64,000 bases of DNA from the NCBI GenBank assembly GCA_963775295.1, contig CAVZIK010000006.1, positions 3,218,829-3,282,828 on the forward strand. The letters run 5' to 3'. Every line of letters begins with the position of its first letter. Positions within the stretch are counted from its first letter, which is position 1. The DNA is from an uncultured Actinomycetes bacterium (lineage in GTDB: Bacteria > Actinomycetota > Thermoleophilia > RBG-16-64-13). The notes under the pieces are model-generated. The model saw only the letters and a list, made by a program, of their open reading frames with translations. It was not told where the DNA came from and ran no database searches. The position numbers and the translations under genes were made by a program. This document shows positions 49,960-60,441 of this stretch, in pieces.

Positions 49960-51417
49960 CTAGCCAGCTTGCCACTCAGTGTGGAAATCGGTGCCCGGCT
50001 CATCAACCCGCTTGTAGCGGTGCGCACCAAAGTAGTCGCGCTGAGCCTGTATAAGATTGGCCGGGAGCCACGAGCTACGCAGCGCGTCGTAGTAGGAAAG
50101 CGCCGACATGAAGGCCCCCACCGGTATGCCGGAGCGAGCGGCCGACCCAACGACGAGTCTGAGGTCGTCCACCCGGGTGGTGACCGCCTTGGCCATGCCC
50201 GAGTTCTTGAGCGGGTTGTCCAAACGCGGCGATTCGGCAAAGGCAGCACGAAGATCCTCCAGGAGCGACGCTCGGATGATGCACCCTCCCCGCCAGATCC
50301 GGCTGACCGCACCCAGATCCAGACTATACCCGTACGCGGCCGAAGCGTGGAAGAGTTGGGCGAGACCTTGTGCGTAGGCCATGACGGTAGCCGCATACAA
50401 GGCATTCTTCAAGCGCGGGATGTACTCGTCCGCCTTCATCCCGAGTCCGGCCTGCGGTCCCGACAGCAACTTAGCCATGGCCTGCCGTTCATCCCAGGCG
50501 GCAGATACGTTCCTCATGGTGACGGCCACGTCGATCGTGGGCACAGGCACGCCCAGGCTGAGCGCATCCTGCGACATCCACATGCCGGTCCCCGTCTGTT
50601 CCGCCTCATCCAGGATCAGGTCAATCAGCCGGATGCCCGTCTTCTCGTCATCCCGCGAAAAGATGTCCGCGGTGATCTCTACCAGGTACCCCTTGAGTTC
50701 GGAGCGACTCCACTCAGAGAACACCTCGTGCAGGCGGTCGTTATCCAGGCCCAGCCCTCTCTTCATCAAGTCGTAGGCTTCCGCGATCAGCTGCATGAGG
50801 GCATATTCGATACCATTGTGCACCATCTTGACGTAGTGGCCCGCCGATCCATTTCCCAGGTACGTGACACAGGGTTCATCCCCCACGTGGGCCGAGATAG
50901 CCTCGAAACGTTTGCGCACTTGCGCGTACGGATCCGCCGGCCCTCCGGGCATGATGCTGGGTCCGAGGCGAGCGCCCTTTTCTCCCCCGGAGATGCCCAC
51001 CCCCAGGTAGGCCAGCCCGAGAGGGCTGAGCTGTTTCTGACGCCTGTCGGTGTCGGAGAAGTGCGAGTTCCCACCGTCTATCAACACGTCGCCCTGGCTC
51101 AGCAACGGGACCAAGCTGTCCAATACTTGGTCCACCGCCGGACCCGCATTTATCATCAGCATGACGCTGCGCGGCCGGGAGAGCCCCGCCACCAAGTCCT
51201 CCAGTGAATGAGTTGCCCGGATAGGCCTCTCCCCCACCTGATCTCTCATGAAAGCATCGGTCACTGAACCGGTGCGGTTAAAGACGACCACGGGAAAGCC
51301 GTGATCGGCCATGTTCAGCACCAGGTTGCGTCCCATAACGCCCAAGCCGACCAGTCCGAAAGTGTATGCTCGCTCTTCCATGCTGGTGCCGCCTTCCGTC
51401 GGTGTCTTCATTGCCAT
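49960..51417 (-). CDS. gndA: 6-phosphogluconate dehydrogenase (NADP, decarboxylating)
   Basis: GLGVMG, DGGNS, SGGE, VKMVHNGIEY, WRGGCIIR, QAQRDYFGAH. Confidence 0.96.
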   Translation of the reverse strand: MAMKTPTEGGTSMEERAYTFGLVGLGVMGRNLVLNMADHGFPVVVFNRTGSVTDAFMRDQVGERPIRATHSLEDLVAGLSRPRSVMLMINAGPAVDQVLDSLVPLLSQGDVLIDGGNSHFSDTDRRQKQLSPLGLAYLGVGISGGEKGARLGPSIMPGGPADPYAQVRKRFEAISAHVGDEPCVTYLGNGSAGHYVKMVHNGIEYALMQLIAEAYDLMKRGLGLDNDRLHEVFSEWSRSELKGYLVEITADIFSRDDEKTGIRLIDLILDEAEQTGTGMWMSQDALSLGVPVPTIDVAVTMRNVSAAWDERQAMAKLLSGPQAGLGMKADEYIPRLKNALYAATVMAYAQGLAQLFHASAAYGYSLDLGAVSRIWRGGCIIRASLLEDLRAAFAESPRLDNPLKNSGMAKAVTTRVDDLRLVVGSAARSGIPVGAFMSALSYYDALRSSWLPANLIQAQRDYFGAHRYKRVDEPGTDFHTEWQAG

Positions 51418-51953
51418 CAGCCTCGAGGTGGAAAGACTTGTGGTGGTTCCAGCGAAGCATCCGTTCCGTGAAGTCTATTCCGTTCGCGGCTCGACTCGAC
51501 GACTTGCCACGCCTCCTTTGCTCCGCCCCAGCCTTCGATCTGGACTTTCTTGCCCTCCAGCTCTTTATAGATGGCGAAGAAGTTCTCGATCTCGCGCGTG
51601 AAGTACGAAGGGATGTCTGTCATGTCCCGGGAGTGCTCCCAGCGCGGGTCGGCGGCCGGCACGCAGAGAATCTTGTTGTCGAGTCCCTTTTCGTCGCGCA
51701 TCCTGAGGATCGCAATAGGTTTGGATCGAATGGCGCAGCCGGGGAAGGTGGCCTCGTCCACCATCACCATCGCGTCCAGCGGATCGCCGTCTTCTGCCTG
51801 GGTCCCCACGACATAGCCGTAGTCGGTCGGGTAGTGTACGGAAGAAAACAGGACGCGGTCAAGACGGAACGCGCCTAGTTCCGCGTCATACTCGTACTTG
51901 TTGCGACTGCCCTTCGGTATCTCCACGATCACCACGATGGATGCCTCTGCCAT
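51417..51953 (-). CDS. ppa: Family I inorganic pyrophosphatase
   Basis: EIPKGSRNKYE, YPTDYG, DGDPLD, YKELEGK. Confidence 0.95.
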   Translation of the reverse strand: MAEASIVVIVEIPKGSRNKYEYDAELGAFRLDRVLFSSVHYPTDYGYVVGTQAEDGDPLDAMVMVDEATFPGCAIRSKPIAILRMRDEKGLDNKILCVPAADPRWEHSRDMTDIPSYFTREIENFFAIYKELEGKKVQIEGWGGAKEAWQVVESSRERNRLHGTDASLEPPQVFPPRG

Positions 51954-52035
51954 GATGCACAGCCTTCCTTACCGCTTGGCCATAACCTGCCGCGATGCCG
52001 GAGGCACGCCAGCGTAGTTGCCCGTTTAATATGCT

Positions 52036-52060
52036 GTTCCCCACCTGAGCCTCGGATAAC
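52036..52060 (-). promoter_or_regulatory. SigB/SigF-like promoter upstream of the ppa-gnd-pgm-xfp operon
   Basis: GTTA-N15-GGGAAC on the minus strand. Confidence 0.4.
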
Positions 52061-52180
52061 CAACCGTGGGAGCAACCGATGACATGTGCCCGGCGCGAAG
52101 GCGCTAAGTCACCCAGGATGAGGGAGAGCGCACAGTGACCCAACCTGCCGACCGGGCACCGGCGAGCAGGAGCTCGTACG

Positions 52181-52505
52181 TTGCTCGGCGAGAGCGGCCA
52201 TGTAGGGAATCGTGGAACGACTATTCGCATCATTTTGGGCATCTACCGGGCCGACGCCAAGCGGAGGCTGCCGCCCTGGCTGAAACGCATGGACCTGCTG
52301 CATTATCGACCAAGGCAACATCAGCATGTTGTGCAAAGGGATGCAACAGATGGCCCAACCCATCGCGGCACTCGCGCATCAGCTCGAACTTGTTGTGCTG
52401 GACAAGCGCTCCGGTGGTCTGGATCCCGTGAACGCGCGGCTCGTAAAAGACATTCTGGGAGTACCGGCCGACACACCAGATGTCCCAGGTCGAGGCGCTT
52501 TGTAG
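52181..52505 (+). pseudogene. Decayed ABC-2-type ATP-binding protein remnant
   Basis: LGESGHVGNRGTTIRIILGI (eroded Walker A region). In a shifted frame from 52317: LCKGMQQMAQPIAALAHQLELVVLDKRSGGLDPVNARLVKDIL (eroded signature and Walker B). Confidence 0.7.
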
Positions 52506-52944
52506 CCGGCTCCCTCGTCCGGCCCGACATTGACGATCCGGTTGTTTTCAGCCTTCGCTTCCAGGCCGCGGTTGGTGGTGCACAAGCACGCATCCCGTGC
52601 TTTTCCAAGCCATGACGGGTTCGTTTCGAATCACGAAGGAACGGAATGGTTGGCGGTCATAGGCCGTCTGAAGCGCGCTTTCACCAACTCCCCAAGAGTC
52701 CATGAACGTAACCTCACAAAGGGTGACTTTACAAGTCGTAAGTCGTGCGGGAAGGAACCGGATCGGCTAGTTCGGTGGTCGCTGTCATGAACTGCTCGAG
52801 GACGACCAGGAAACGCAGCCCTTTCCCCTTGCAATAGACTGACTGAAGGCTGTAGGCTCGATTCCTCAACAATCAGTTACCTACGAGCCTCGCTGCCGCG
52901 GAAGCAACACGCCAGTCAACCTTCACCAAGAAACCGAGGAAGAT

Positions 52945-54912
52945 ATGGCCTCCTGGGAGCACCTCGCCAAACCCATCTCGATCGGCTCTCTGACCGCCAA
53001 GAACAGGGTGGAAGCCGCCCCGACCCTCACCTGCACCGCACACGCCGACCAGTCGGTCTCTCGGGAACTCATCGAGTTCTACCGCGCCCAGGCTCTGGGC
53101 GGCGCGGGAATCATCACCGTCCTCGAGACGGCCATCGACCAGGACCGTTCCATCTCTCAGCCTTCCGGGCTCAATATCGGCAGCGACTTCTTCATCCCCG
53201 GCCTCTCGGCCGTGGCAGAAGCGATCAAATGCGACGGCGCGCTTGCCTCCATCCAGCTCAACCATGCCGGGAGGCAGGCGGTGGCCGCGCTTAACGGGGG
53301 ACGCAACCCCATCTGCCCCTCGGGTATGACCGGTGTCTTCACCGAGGACCGGCGGCGCGGCGCCCAGGTCATCGACGAGATGACCCTGGACATGATCGAT
53401 CAGGTCATCGAGAACTATGCCGCAGCCGCCTGGCGGGCCAAGATGGCGGGTTTTGACATGATCATGCTCCACGGCGGGCACGGCTGGCTCATCTCCCAGT
53501 TTGTTTCGCCGGCGGTCAACAAACGTACCGACGAGTACGGCGGTCCTCTCGAGAATCGGGTGCTCTTCCCCGTGCGCGTGATCGAAGCAATTCGGGAGCG
53601 CTGCGGAGCCGACCTCCCCATTGAGTACCGCATGAGCGCGAGCGATCTCATTCCGGGGGGAATGGAGATCGAAGACGCCATCCGCTACGCCGGGCTTATG
53701 CAGGACAAGGTGGACCTCTTCCAAGTCTCTGCCGGCATGATCGGGGAGTTTCACACCTACCCCTACACCCACCCCGCCTACTACCTGCCCCACGGAGAGA
53801 ATGTGGACCGGGCGGCAGAGATCAAGAAGAACGTGAGCACGCCGGTGGCGGCAGTGGGAGCCATACTGGACCTAGATGAGGCGGGGCAGTGGATAGCCGA
53901 AGGCAAGGCGGACATGGTAGCCCTGTGCCGGGCCCTCATCGCCGACACAGCTCTACCCAAAAAGACCTTCCGCGGCCGCAAGGACGAAGTCATCCCCTGC
54001 ATCCGCTGCAACATCTGCACTCTGCGCGGAGGCCACGGTGAGCCCGTGCGATGCACCGTGAATCCGTTCAGCATCCGCGAGGACTATTATCGCTGGCTGC
54101 CCGCCCGGGCGGCAACCAAGAAGAAGGTCGCGGTCATAGGAGGTGGGCCGGCCGGGATGGAAGCCGCGCTTATGGCCTCCTCCCGGGGTCACGAGGTCAC
54201 CCTGCTGGAGAAAGAGGATCGGCTGGGTGGGAACCTTGCGTTCTCGTCCGGTCCGGACTTCAAGGCCGACTGGAAGCGCTACTTTGAGTATCTACGGCGC
54301 CAGATGGAGAAGTCCGCCGTGAACATCCAGTTGGGTGTGGAGGCTACCCCAGCCCTCATCAAGGCCCAGGCTCCCGACGAGATCGTGGTCGCCGTTGGGG
54401 CGGAGCCGGTGTGGCCGGACCTACCGGGTAGCCACAGTCCCAATGTCTTCTGGGCGGGCGACGTCATGGGCGGGCGACAGGTGGCAGGTGACAAGGTGGT
54501 TGTCGCCGGGAGCGGCGGGATGGGCATGGAAGCCGCTCTTCATCTCGCCCAGCAGGGTAAGCGGGTGGAGATCGTCGAGTTGCCGGGCGGCTCTGGGGCC
54601 GATGCAACGGCCAACTTCATCAATGTGATCGTGCTCAGGGATCAATTGGAGGACTTCGGCGTGAGACTCCACTCCGACCTCGTACTCGAAGAGATCCAGT
54701 ATGGCAAGGTGGCAGCGCAGGATGGCGCCGGAGAAGAGCAGACGCTGACCGCCGAGTCGGTGGTGCTCGCGCCCAACCTGTGTTCACGAGCGGGAGTGGT
54801 CGCCAAGTTCCTGGCCTTGGCCGATGAGGTGCATGTGGTCGGCGACTGCAAGGCTCCCCGCATTCTGTTCAATGCCGTACACGAGGGGTTTGAAGCGGGG
54901 ATCAGCATCTAG
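52945..54912 (+). CDS. NADH:flavin oxidoreductase (OYE TIM barrel + 4Fe-4S + FAD domain; FadH/BaiCD-like)
   Basis: IQLNHAGR, HGGHGWLISQF, NKRTDEYGG, CIRCNIC...CTVNP, GGGPAGMEAA, VGDC. Confidence 0.93.
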   Translation: MASWEHLAKPISIGSLTAKNRVEAAPTLTCTAHADQSVSRELIEFYRAQALGGAGIITVLETAIDQDRSISQPSGLNIGSDFFIPGLSAVAEAIKCDGALASIQLNHAGRQAVAALNGGRNPICPSGMTGVFTEDRRRGAQVIDEMTLDMIDQVIENYAAAAWRAKMAGFDMIMLHGGHGWLISQFVSPAVNKRTDEYGGPLENRVLFPVRVIEAIRERCGADLPIEYRMSASDLIPGGMEIEDAIRYAGLMQDKVDLFQVSAGMIGEFHTYPYTHPAYYLPHGENVDRAAEIKKNVSTPVAAVGAILDLDEAGQWIAEGKADMVALCRALIADTALPKKTFRGRKDEVIPCIRCNICTLRGGHGEPVRCTVNPFSIREDYYRWLPARAATKKKVAVIGGGPAGMEAALMASSRGHEVTLLEKEDRLGGNLAFSSGPDFKADWKRYFEYLRRQMEKSAVNIQLGVEATPALIKAQAPDEIVVAVGAEPVWPDLPGSHSPNVFWAGDVMGGRQVAGDKVVVAGSGGMGMEAALHLAQQGKRVEIVELPGGSGADATANFINVIVLRDQLEDFGVRLHSDLVLEEIQYGKVAAQDGAGEEQTLTAESVVLAPNLCSRAGVVAKFLALADEVHVVGDCKAPRILFNAVHEGFEAGISI

Positions 54913-54959
54913 AGGAAAGTAAAGACCGAGAGGCCCACTGGCCTGAGGGGCGGCCCCTC

Positions 54960-55240
54960 CCCGAGGGGTGTGTCGCGCAGTCGAACACGGCCTTCACGTT
55001 CTCGATCTTCACTTCGGGTCCGGCCGGATGTCCCCATGATGAAGCCTCCGTCGCCGCCCATAGAATCTGTCAGTTCGGCGATAGGCCTCCGCCTCTTCCT
55101 GCTAGCCCAGGGACGGCGGGGCGACGCGGACGTGAAACATCACGGGCAGCCCGCGTGCCTCAGCCAGTATTTGATGTTCTTACCGGACTCATACCGGCCT
55201 TGATGAAGTTTCGGATCGATGTGATGGTCATCATGCCAAC
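54960..55240 (-). pseudogene. Remnant of a uroporphyrinogen-decarboxylase-family (MtaA/CmuA-like) gene
   Basis: Frame-broken pieces GLPVMFH, LG*QEEAEAY, ELTDSMGGDGGFIMGT, PEVKIENVKAVFD typical of the URO-D C-terminus. Confidence 0.6.
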
Positions 55241-55318
55241 CGTGGTTGTGCGGGCTGGTCCATCCGCACCGGCGCGCCGTCGCCGGCGAGCGGTGCCCAG
55301 CGCCGGCGTCTCACTGGA

Positions 55319-56170
55319 TCAACCTGATGGTTGACGGGCGGTCTTTCCTGTTAGCTGCCTAAATCTAGAGGCGACTAGGACGGCGAGATAGACGGCCGCG
55401 GCCAGGCCGAGGATGGCGAAGCTAGGCGGAACCCGGGGCACCGTGTAGCTCACGACAAGGCCGATCCACATCTCACAAAGAGCGAGTGTGCCCGAGATCG
55501 CAAGCGCTACGTAGGGTCGGGTCGTCAGGCGATGGGCTGTTCCCGCAGGCGCCGACAGCAAACCGAGCAAAAGTAGCGCGCCCACGGCCTGGGCTGAAAG
55601 GGCGGCAGTCGCTCCCACCAGGGCAAGAAAGCCTAGACCCAGCGCCCGAACAGGCACTCCTCGTGCCGCTGCCACAGACTGATCAAGGCTTGCGAAAAGG
55701 AGAGGTCGGGCGATAAACAGAAGAACGAGCACGATTCCAAGCCCCAGGACCGCGGCAAGCGTCGCCTGCCCGCCGCTGAGCCCAAAGACAGATCCAAACA
55801 GCACCGATACGCTTGAGGCGCCCGTCGCGGCTCGTTTTGAGTTGGTGTAGAGCGAAAGAAAGAGAACACCGAGCCCCAGGAGCCAGGCAAAGACGCTGCC
55901 GATAACCGCGTCATCGGCGCGACCTTTTGGTCCGATGAGGCCCATGAGCAGGCTGACGGCAATGGTAAGAGCGAAGAGGCCCACTCGGGCATCAATCCCC
56001 GCAGCCAGGGCAGCCAGCGCCCCGGTAAAGGCCACATGGCTCAGAGCATCTCCGGTAAATACCTGTGCACGGAGCACGAGAAAGTAGCCGACGAGGCCTG
56101 AGGCGAGGGCGATCGCGGAGCCGGCCAAAAGAGCGTGCTGCATGAAAGGCTGGCCGAAAAGCCCCATCAT
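55319..56170 (-). CDS. Zn/Mn ABC transporter permease (ABC-3)
   Basis: FTGDALSHVAF, VLFGS, SLD...AAARGV. Confidence 0.92.
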   Translation of the reverse strand: MMGLFGQPFMQHALLAGSAIALASGLVGYFLVLRAQVFTGDALSHVAFTGALAALAAGIDARVGLFALTIAVSLLMGLIGPKGRADDAVIGSVFAWLLGLGVLFLSLYTNSKRAATGASSVSVLFGSVFGLSGGQATLAAVLGLGIVLVLLFIARPLLFASLDQSVAAARGVPVRALGLGFLALVGATAALSAQAVGALLLLGLLSAPAGTAHRLTTRPYVALAISGTLALCEMWIGLVVSYTVPRVPPSFAILGLAAAVYLAVLVASRFRQLTGKTARQPSG

Positions 56171-57087
56171 CCCATCTCGCCGCGATCCAGAGAGACCGTA
56201 TTGTCGGCAGTGGCAGCCCCGGCTCGCCTGGGCCGGTCCCGGACGGCGGCGCCGAAGAGCGCCAGAAGATAGAACCCGAAGGCGAAGGTGGTAGCGAAGA
56301 AGCCCACTGGGTAGGGGGTGTAAAAGGCCACCCCGAGCGACAGCCAGGTAACGACAAGTCCGATCGCGACGGCAAGGATCATGCCCAGCCAGGGGCGGCC
56401 GGTGAGGTGTTGGGCGGAGGCGGCAGGCATCACGAGAAGGGCGAACACCAGCAGGGCGCCGGTGATCTGGCTCACCTCCGCGACCGTCACCGCGAGCAAC
56501 AGGAGAAAGCCCGCGGCCAGCAGCCGGACGGGGACGCCTCGAGCCGCAGCCACCTCTGAATCGAGGCTGGCAAAGAGAAGAGGGCGTGCAATAGGCGCAA
56601 GCAGCCCGAGCACGAAAAGGGCGGCCGCCAACAATGCGAAGACCTGGCCGAGGCTGATGCCCAGGAAACTCCCGAAAAGCAGAGCATTAAGACCGTTCAA
56701 GAAGCCAGGGTAGAGAGCTGCGAAGAGAAACCCGGTGGCAAGCACAAAGGCCTGCACTGTCCCGGTTATCGCCGACTCTTCGCCTCGGTGTCGCAGTCCG
56801 CCCGCAGGCAAGAAGGCAATGGCAAGAGCAGCAAGGATGGCCCCGGCGAAGTAGCCAAGGGTCGCGCTGATTCCGAGAAGGACGGCTCCGGCTGCTCCCG
56901 GAAACCCGACAAGGGCCAGGGTATGGCCAGCGAAACTCTGGCGGCGCAGAACCATGAACCATCCAATGATCCCGGCGAGCACAGCAACGATTGTGCCTGC
57001 AGTGAGCGCGTGCACCATGAAGGAATAGGAGAGGAGCTCGCGGATATCGTCAAAGATGTTCCAGGAGAAGCTAGACACGAGGCTCAC
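56167..57087 (-). CDS. Zn/Mn ABC transporter permease (ABC-3), second copy
   Basis: FMVLRRQSFAGHTL, LLFGS, SLDSEVAAARGV, GALLVFALLVMPA. Start approximate. Confidence 0.9.
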   Translation of the reverse strand: MSLVSSFSWNIFDDIRELLSYSFMVHALTAGTIVAVLAGIIGWFMVLRRQSFAGHTLALVGFPGAAGAVLLGISATLGYFAGAILAALAIAFLPAGGLRHRGEESAITGTVQAFVLATGFLFAALYPGFLNGLNALLFGSFLGISLGQVFALLAAALFVLGLLAPIARPLLFASLDSEVAAARGVPVRLLAAGFLLLLAVTVAEVSQITGALLVFALLVMPAASAQHLTGRPWLGMILAVAIGLVVTWLSLGVAFYTPYPVGFFATTFAFGFYLLALFGAAVRDRPRRAGAATADNTVSLDRGEMG

Positions 57088-57961
57088 AGCACTTGGGCTC
57101 CTGCGTGTCGTGCTGCCCGATTTCCGCGGTTGGGACCGCGACCGACATCTGTCCATCCCCCGGCTCGCCCACGACGAGAAGCGGACCCCGGGCAGTGTAG
57201 TGGACTTCGACGGAGGATCCGTAGATGCGGCTGAGGGTGGGCCCATTGATGACTTGCTCAGCGGTACCCGCGACCACGCCCTGTTTGGCGACGTAGACGA
57301 GCTTCTGGGCAACACCTAGTATGGGGTTAACATCGTGAGTGACCATGACAACGGCCATGTTTCTTTCGTTTGAGATACGGGCCACAAGGGCGGTCACTGC
57401 CACTTGATTGGGATAGTCCAAGCTGGCCAGGGGCTCGTCGAGCAGCAGGAGTTCGGGGCGGTGGACGATGGCCTGGGCGATAAGAAGCCGTTGCTGCTCG
57501 CCTCCGGAGAGACTCCCGATGGCGCGATCGGCATAGCTCTCGGCCCCCACCAGTTCAATAACCTCGCGTACTCGACGCGCTTTGTCGCCCGAACGCGACC
57601 CAAATAGGTTCGCCCCGGGAAACGGAACGCCCCACTGACCGCCGTCCAGTCCAAGCCGCACCAAATCCACGCCTCGGACACGAATGGAGGGATCAAAAGC
57701 CCGTGCCTGCGGGAGGTATCCGATACGAGCACGGGCCTCTCGTGGGGCCAGTCCGAATACACGCACCTCTCCGGCCACGAGAGGAACGAGCCCAAGGATC
57801 ACCTTAAGAAGAATTGTCTTTCCCACCCCGTTGGGGCCCAGCAGGGCGACAAATTCACCCTGCTTGATCGAGAGGCTTACCTCCTTCCAGAGGACTCTCT
57901 TTCCTGCCTGTGCAGTCGCCGCGTGGAACTGGACGGCGGCGGGTGTGGCTGAATCGCTCAC
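57071..57961 (-). CDS. Zn/Mn ABC transporter ATP-binding protein
   Basis: GPNGVGKT, IGYLPQ, LSGGEQQR, LLLDEP, VTHD. Confidence 0.95.
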   Translation of the reverse strand: MSDSATPAAVQFHAATAQAGKRVLWKEVSLSIKQGEFVALLGPNGVGKTILLKVILGLVPLVAGEVRVFGLAPREARARIGYLPQARAFDPSIRVRGVDLVRLGLDGGQWGVPFPGANLFGSRSGDKARRVREVIELVGAESYADRAIGSLSGGEQQRLLIAQAIVHRPELLLLDEPLASLDYPNQVAVTALVARISNERNMAVVMVTHDVNPILGVAQKLVYVAKQGVVAGTAEQVINGPTLSRIYGSSVEVHYTARGPLLVVGEPGDGQMSVAVPTAEIGQHDTQEPKCCEPRV

Positions 57962-57962
57962 G

Positions 57963-58919
57963 CTATTTACCCGTTGCTTCCGCGAGCGCAGCTTGGATGC
58001 TCTTGAGTTGCGCGACCTGCCAATCCTGGAATGTGGCCGTCGCCGGCTCCAGGGTCTCCGAGATCGTGACCACCGGGATCCCGGCCGCTTTCGCCTCGCC
58101 TATCTGGCTCTGGATGTCAGGGGTCGCGTTCTGGCTATTGTAGAGATAGACCTTTATCTTCTTGCTTTTGATCTGCTCATCGATTGTCGCCTTGTCCTGC
58201 CCAGTCGGCTCGATGCCCTCGCTGATGGCGTTAAGGAATGACTCAGGAGTCAGAAGATCCAGGCCGAGAGCGCTTGTCAGCGGGATCACGATGCTCTCTG
58301 AGGCCCCGACGGTTGTCCCCGCGTACCTGGCCTTGATGCCCGAAATGAGAGAGTCGTACTCGGAAAGCGCCGTGGTCTCGTAAAGCTGTCTTTGTGCGTC
58401 GAAGTAGTCGGCATCCTTGGGGTCAAGGGCTTTCAAATCGGCGGTTAGTTGCACAATAACCTTGTGTACCACTTCGGGCGAATACCACTGGTGCGGATTG
58501 TCTCCGGGCTTCAGACCGGTGACGTCGCCGACGCTCAGGACCAAGCGGCCTTTGACCGAGGACGCGCTTAGGAGACGATCGATCCAAGGATCATAGCCGA
58601 TGGCATTTTCGACCACGAGCTGGGCAGTTGCTATCTTAAGCGCATCCTGGGCGGTGGGTTCATAGTCATGAGGATCGGTGTTGGGGTTGGAGATAATACT
58701 GGTCACATTCACGCGGTCCCCTCCAAGTTGAGCCGCAATCGATCCCCAGAAGTTCTCGGCCGCAATTACTGAGATCCCCACGCCCTGGGTCGCTGTCGTG
58801 TCATTCCCCGACCCACAGCTCGCAACAAGCAGGGTGAGAAGCACGAGCGCAGCGATGGCTAGGGTCAGGCCCAGAAGCTTCACCCTCGACGTGAGCCGCG
58901 CGCCGCTCACGTCAGTCAT
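57963..58919 (-). CDS. Zn/Mn ABC transporter substrate-binding lipoprotein (ZnuA/TroA)
   Basis: Lipobox VASC, AENFWG, TDPHDYEP, DNPHQWY. Confidence 0.94.
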   Translation of the reverse strand: MTDVSGARLTSRVKLLGLTLAIAALVLLTLLVASCGSGNDTTATQGVGISVIAAENFWGSIAAQLGGDRVNVTSIISNPNTDPHDYEPTAQDALKIATAQLVVENAIGYDPWIDRLLSASSVKGRLVLSVGDVTGLKPGDNPHQWYSPEVVHKVIVQLTADLKALDPKDADYFDAQRQLYETTALSEYDSLISGIKARYAGTTVGASESIVIPLTSALGLDLLTPESFLNAISEGIEPTGQDKATIDEQIKSKKIKVYLYNSQNATPDIQSQIGEAKAAGIPVVTISETLEPATATFQDWQVAQLKSIQAALAEATGK

Positions 58920-59379
58920 CCCCGGTCTCCTCTTCATGCGCTCGCATCTGGCATTGGTCGCATATTCCTACCAACTCAAGAAAGTGCGAACTGATGGCAA
59001 AGCCGGTTTCGCGGGCGGCCGCCTGTTCCATGGCCGCCATGTCGCAGCTTGAGAACTCAGCTACTCGTCCGCACTCCGCGCAAACCACATGATGGCCGTG
59101 CCCCACCTGCGTACCGGCCACGGTGGCGCAGCCCTTACTCGTATGGATGTGCCTCACCAAACCCAGGCCGCCGAGGACCTCCAAGGCTCTGTAGACGGTT
59201 GCAAGCCCAAGTTCGGGGCAATGCACACGCGCCCTCTCAAGGATCTCCGCCGGATCAAGGGCGCACCCGGACTCGCTCAGCGCGGCGACAACCGCCGCGC
59301 GTTGCCGCGTGAGTCGAAAACCTTTGGCACGCATTTCTTCGGAGGCAAGCCCTAGGTCCACGACTCTCCTTTGTGACAC
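58912..59379 (-). CDS. zur: Fur-family regulator, likely Zur
   Basis: RLTRQR, LATVYRAL, HGHHVVCAECG, GICDQC. First gene of the metal ABC operon. Confidence 0.85.
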   Translation of the reverse strand: MSQRRVVDLGLASEEMRAKGFRLTRQRAAVVAALSESGCALDPAEILERARVHCPELGLATVYRALEVLGGLGLVRHIHTSKGCATVAGTQVGHGHHVVCAECGRVAEFSSCDMAAMEQAAARETGFAISSHFLELVGICDQCQMRAHEEETGDD

Positions 59380-59400
59380 TCATCCATGCGCCGTCGCCAC

Positions 59401-59423
59401 ATCATACATGAGAATCTTTCTCG
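59401..59423 (-). promoter_or_regulatory. Zur/Fur box next to the -10 (TATGAT) of the zur-ABC operon
   Basis: Near-palindrome TGAGAATCTTTCTCG at 59409-59423; minus-strand TATGAT at 59401-59406. Confidence 0.7.
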
Positions 59424-59576
59424 ATTACTTGGACGTCACGCACCTTCCCGCTCCAACACCGTCAGCCCCGGGCAACCGGCTGTGACCTGTGCGCTAAACC
59501 CCAAGAAGGTGTGCGTCGCTCGAGAGTGGGTATAGCAGAGACAGTGCGACCACTGATTCTCGAAAACGAGGCAAAG

Positions 59577-60089
59577 ATGACGGAAGACGGCCAGGTTATC
59601 CGAACGGAGTTGCGGTTCAAGGACATTCACGACCGGGGAGAGGGCTACCCAGCCGCGCGCCTCAAGGCCATCAAGAAGGCCATGCAAAAGCTCCACACAC
59701 TAGAAACCATGGCCGTTAACATCTACAAATACGAGATAACCTCAGAGCGTAGTGCCCTCAACGTCCAACTGGTGGCTGCCATGGCCAACGAGATGACCCA
59801 CCTCCAGGACTTCCAGACCAAGCTCTACGAGCACGACCTGCGGCCCCGCAAGACCCGCTTTGCCTTCTGGCTTGTCGGCTTTCTCCTGGGGACGGGATCG
59901 CGTCTTCTCGGGCCACATCGCATCCTAAAGACCAACATATGGGCCGAGAAGAAGGCCGTCCTCGACTACGAGCGCTTTCTGCGCGACGTGGAGTGGGACG
60001 AGGAGACTCGGGCGTTTGTCGCCAAGGACGGCGCCGATGAACTGAGTCACGTGGAGCGTTGGACGGAACTCCTTGGGAAATTGTCCTAA
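59577..60089 (+). CDS. Ferritin-like di-iron protein (COQ7/demethoxyubiquinone-hydroxylase family)
   Basis: LE.MAV.IY, NEMTH, WAEKKAV..Y, DELSH (two ExxH motifs). GTGT-N15-GGGTAT upstream at 59509-59533. Confidence 0.8.
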   Translation: MTEDGQVIRTELRFKDIHDRGEGYPAARLKAIKKAMQKLHTLETMAVNIYKYEITSERSALNVQLVAAMANEMTHLQDFQTKLYEHDLRPRKTRFAFWLVGFLLGTGSRLLGPHRILKTNIWAEKKAVLDYERFLRDVEWDEETRAFVAKDGADELSHVERWTELLGKLS

Positions 60090-60299
60090 CCCGGTCATCT
60101 TCGGCTACTCGACAGCCTGAGGGGCACACTTATCCCGATTCACGTCGCCGATCAGGAAACATATGCCCCCTGGGGCGCAGAGCCCGGCCATCTCCATGAC
60201 CATTGCCTACACTCCGGTCCTCTCGGCCAAGGTTCCCACCCAGCCGATGCCCATAGAAGCCGGCAGCACGTTCAGACCGGTTGCGCCCGAGCGCAGTAG

Positions 60300-60411
60300 G
60301 TGGGGCCAAGCAGGCGAAGCCCGCCCTCTATCCACGCCGTGCGGAGACGAGCCCTTCGCGACTCGTGTTGTCGACCACGATCGTGATTCTCGTGCCCGTG
60401 GATTCCGTCAT
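60300..60411 (-). pseudogene. N-terminal remnant of an MBL-fold hydrolase
   Basis: RBS AAGGAGG + MTESTGTRITIVVDNTSREGLVS, then a frameshifted WIEGGLRLL. Confidence 0.5.
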
Positions 60412-60441
60412 TGCCCTCCTTCTGCGCTTCGTAATCCGCGG

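Noticed and set aside
48928-51207. 759-aa + strand ORF, and similar long ORFs at 34405-36120, 16116-17435, 645-1790, 39182-40309 and 26176-27213
   Set aside because: These are antisense shadows of well-supported genes, expected from high-GC codon bias, and carry no recognisable motifs.
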